Source: Afifellaceae bacterium
GTDB lineage: Bacteria > Pseudomonadota > Alphaproteobacteria > Rhizobiales > Afifellaceae
DNA length: 64,000 nucleotides
Direction: 5' to 3'
Assembly: GCA_028284625.1 (NCBI GenBank)
Contig: JANQRH010000008.1
Coordinates: 227,441 to 291,440 of the forward strand
A model generated the notes under the pieces. That model did no database searches and was not told the origin of the DNA. It worked only from the letters and a program-made list of their open reading frames with translations. The position numbers and the translations under genes were made by a program. Within the stretch, counting starts at the first letter, position 1, and every line of letters starts with the position of its first letter. Below are positions 62,985 through 64,000 of this stretch, piece by piece.

Positions 62985-63794
62985 ATGTCTGTCGAGTTGC
63001 TTGCCAAGGGAGCCAAGACCATCGTCGCGATGGCGCATATCGGCGCGCTGCCCGGGTCGCCGCTCTACGATGCCGATGGCGGCGTGGAGAAGCTCATCGA
63101 AGGCGTGATGGCGGATATTGAGGCGCTGCAGGCGGGCGGGGTCGACGCTATCATGTTCGGCAACGAGAACGATCGGCCGTACCTGCTGAAGGCGACGCCG
63201 GAGAGCATCGCGGCGATGACGGCCGTCGTTACCGCCACGAAGCCGGCGCTCGATGTGCCCTTCGGGGTGAACTATTTGTGGGACCCGGAAGCCAGTGTGG
63301 CGATTGGCTGTGCCACCGGCGCGTCCTTTGTGCGGGAAATCTTCACTGGCGTCTTCGCATCCGACATGGGGATATGGGCTCCCGATTGCGCGAAGGCCGC
63401 CAGGCTGCGCCGCGATCTCGGGCGGCCCGACATGAAGATGTTGTTCAACATCAACGCGGAATTTGCCCATTCGCTCGATCAGCGGCCGATAGAGCTGAGG
63501 GCGCGGAGCGCTGTGTTCTCGTCGCTTGCCGACGCCATTCTGGTCTCCGGGCCGATCACCGGCCAATCGGCCGACGCCTCCGATCTCAGGAAGGTCTGCG
63601 AGGCGATCCAGGACGTTCCGGTGCTCGCCAATACCGGCACCAATATCGACAACATCCGCGACGTGCTCTCCGTCGCCGATGGCTGCGTCATCGGCACGCA
63701 TTTCAAGGTCGATGGCGATACGTGGAACCCGGTCGACGCGGATCGCGTGAAGCGGTTCATGGATGTCGTCAACGCCATCCGGGCGGCGTCGTGA
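62985..63794 (+). CDS. BtpA/SgcQ family protein
   Basis: The N-terminus IVAMAHIGALPGSPLYD......GVDAIMFGNENDRPY is characteristic of the BtpA/SgcQ TIM-barrel family. Confidence 0.7.
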   Translation: MSVELLAKGAKTIVAMAHIGALPGSPLYDADGGVEKLIEGVMADIEALQAGGVDAIMFGNENDRPYLLKATPESIAAMTAVVTATKPALDVPFGVNYLWDPEASVAIGCATGASFVREIFTGVFASDMGIWAPDCAKAARLRRDLGRPDMKMLFNINAEFAHSLDQRPIELRARSAVFSSLADAILVSGPITGQSADASDLRKVCEAIQDVPVLANTGTNIDNIRDVLSVADGCVIGTHFKVDGDTWNPVDADRVKRFMDVVNAIRAAS

Positions 63795-63842
63795 CCAAGG
63801 CGGTTGGCATGGCGTCGCGGAAACCCGGTCCCGTGTAGCGCC

Positions 63843-64000
63843 ATGGCTTGCTTCCTCGGCGTCGATATCGGCACGACCTCCACAATCGGCATTGTGATCG
63901 CGCTGCCGAATCGCATTCTCGCGACGGCATCGAAGCCAGTAACGTTCTCAGCGCCGCATTCGGGATGGGCGGAAGAGGACCCGCAAGAATGGTGGGACAA
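63843..64000 (+). CDS. FGGY family carbohydrate kinase, 3'-truncated by window edge
   Basis: The ATG at 63843 gives MACFLGVDIGTTSTIGIVIA...HSGWAEEDPQEWWD, a canonical FGGY kinase N-terminus. It is not in the ORF track because it runs off the window. Confidence 0.75.
   Translation, partial: MACFLGVDIGTTSTIGIVIALPNRILATASKPVTFSAPHSGWAEEDPQEWWD

Noticed and set aside
1-64000. Search by eye for tRNA, rRNA, CRISPR arrays, IS elements, integrases, toxin-antitoxin pairs or recognisable anti-phage defence genes
   Set aside because: I found none. Intergenic regions are short or explained by promoters and REP-like repeats. No direct-repeat/spacer array exists, and no nuclease, helicase, methylase or transposase-like motifs appear in the supported ORFs. 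A covariance-model scan (tRNAscan-SE, Infernal) would be needed to exclude small RNAs formally.

Overview
This 64-kb window is high-GC and gene-dense, and it looks like an alphaproteobacterial (Hyphomicrobiales/Rhizobiales-type) accessory catabolic region. That placement is inferred from gene content and repeat families, not from a search.

I support about 55 protein-coding genes. I see no tRNA, rRNA, CRISPR array, transposase or integrase.

**Main content**
- Transport: four ABC uptake systems (5.9-8.8 kb, 31.7-36.3 kb, 42.9-46.0 kb, 57.6-61.8 kb) and one DctPQM TRAP system with an adjacent DctB/DctD-like two-component pair (23.8-30.4 kb).
- Regulators: LacI, SorC, IclR and DeoR family members.
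- Enzymes: a split transketolase, a BisC-like molybdoenzyme, and an FGGY kinase / Zn-ADH / class II aldolase-epimerase operon. Also a RuBisCO-like protein (RLP) translationally packed behind an ABC importer, next to an enolase-superfamily enzyme and a PfkB kinase. Further enzymes are an IolD-like TPP enzyme, a SelA-like PLP enzyme, an amidase and several SDRs.

**Regions worth a second look**
1. Bases 1-2844: an operon of a 5'-truncated unknown ORF, an orphan HExxH...E metallopeptidase, and a 183-aa protein ending in seven SGANLx hexapeptide repeats. This could be a RiPP-like or protease/substrate module.
2. A TTTACA(A/T)ATG(A/T)CA-type inverted-repeat operator recurs at three promoter regions (16.6, 19.2 and 31.6 kb). 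It ties the transketolase, the kinase/ADH/aldolase/SorC operon and the ABC-RLP cluster into one putative regulon.
3. The RLP itself has non-carboxylase substitutions.
4. A translationally coupled operon encodes an ATP-grasp enzyme, a FemAB-like protein, a flippase-like protein and a membrane protein (51.3-55.7 kb). It is divergent from a DUF427-adenylate cyclase fusion.
5. Three families of REP/MITE-like palindromic repeats, and GC-rich stem-loops just downstream of the binding-protein genes of three ABC operons and the TRAP operon.

Many long ORFs in the supplied track are antisense or out-of-frame artefacts of high GC, or N-terminal over-extensions. I refined starts by eye using RBS and operon logic. 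All functional calls rest on motif and family recognition by eye, with no database search.
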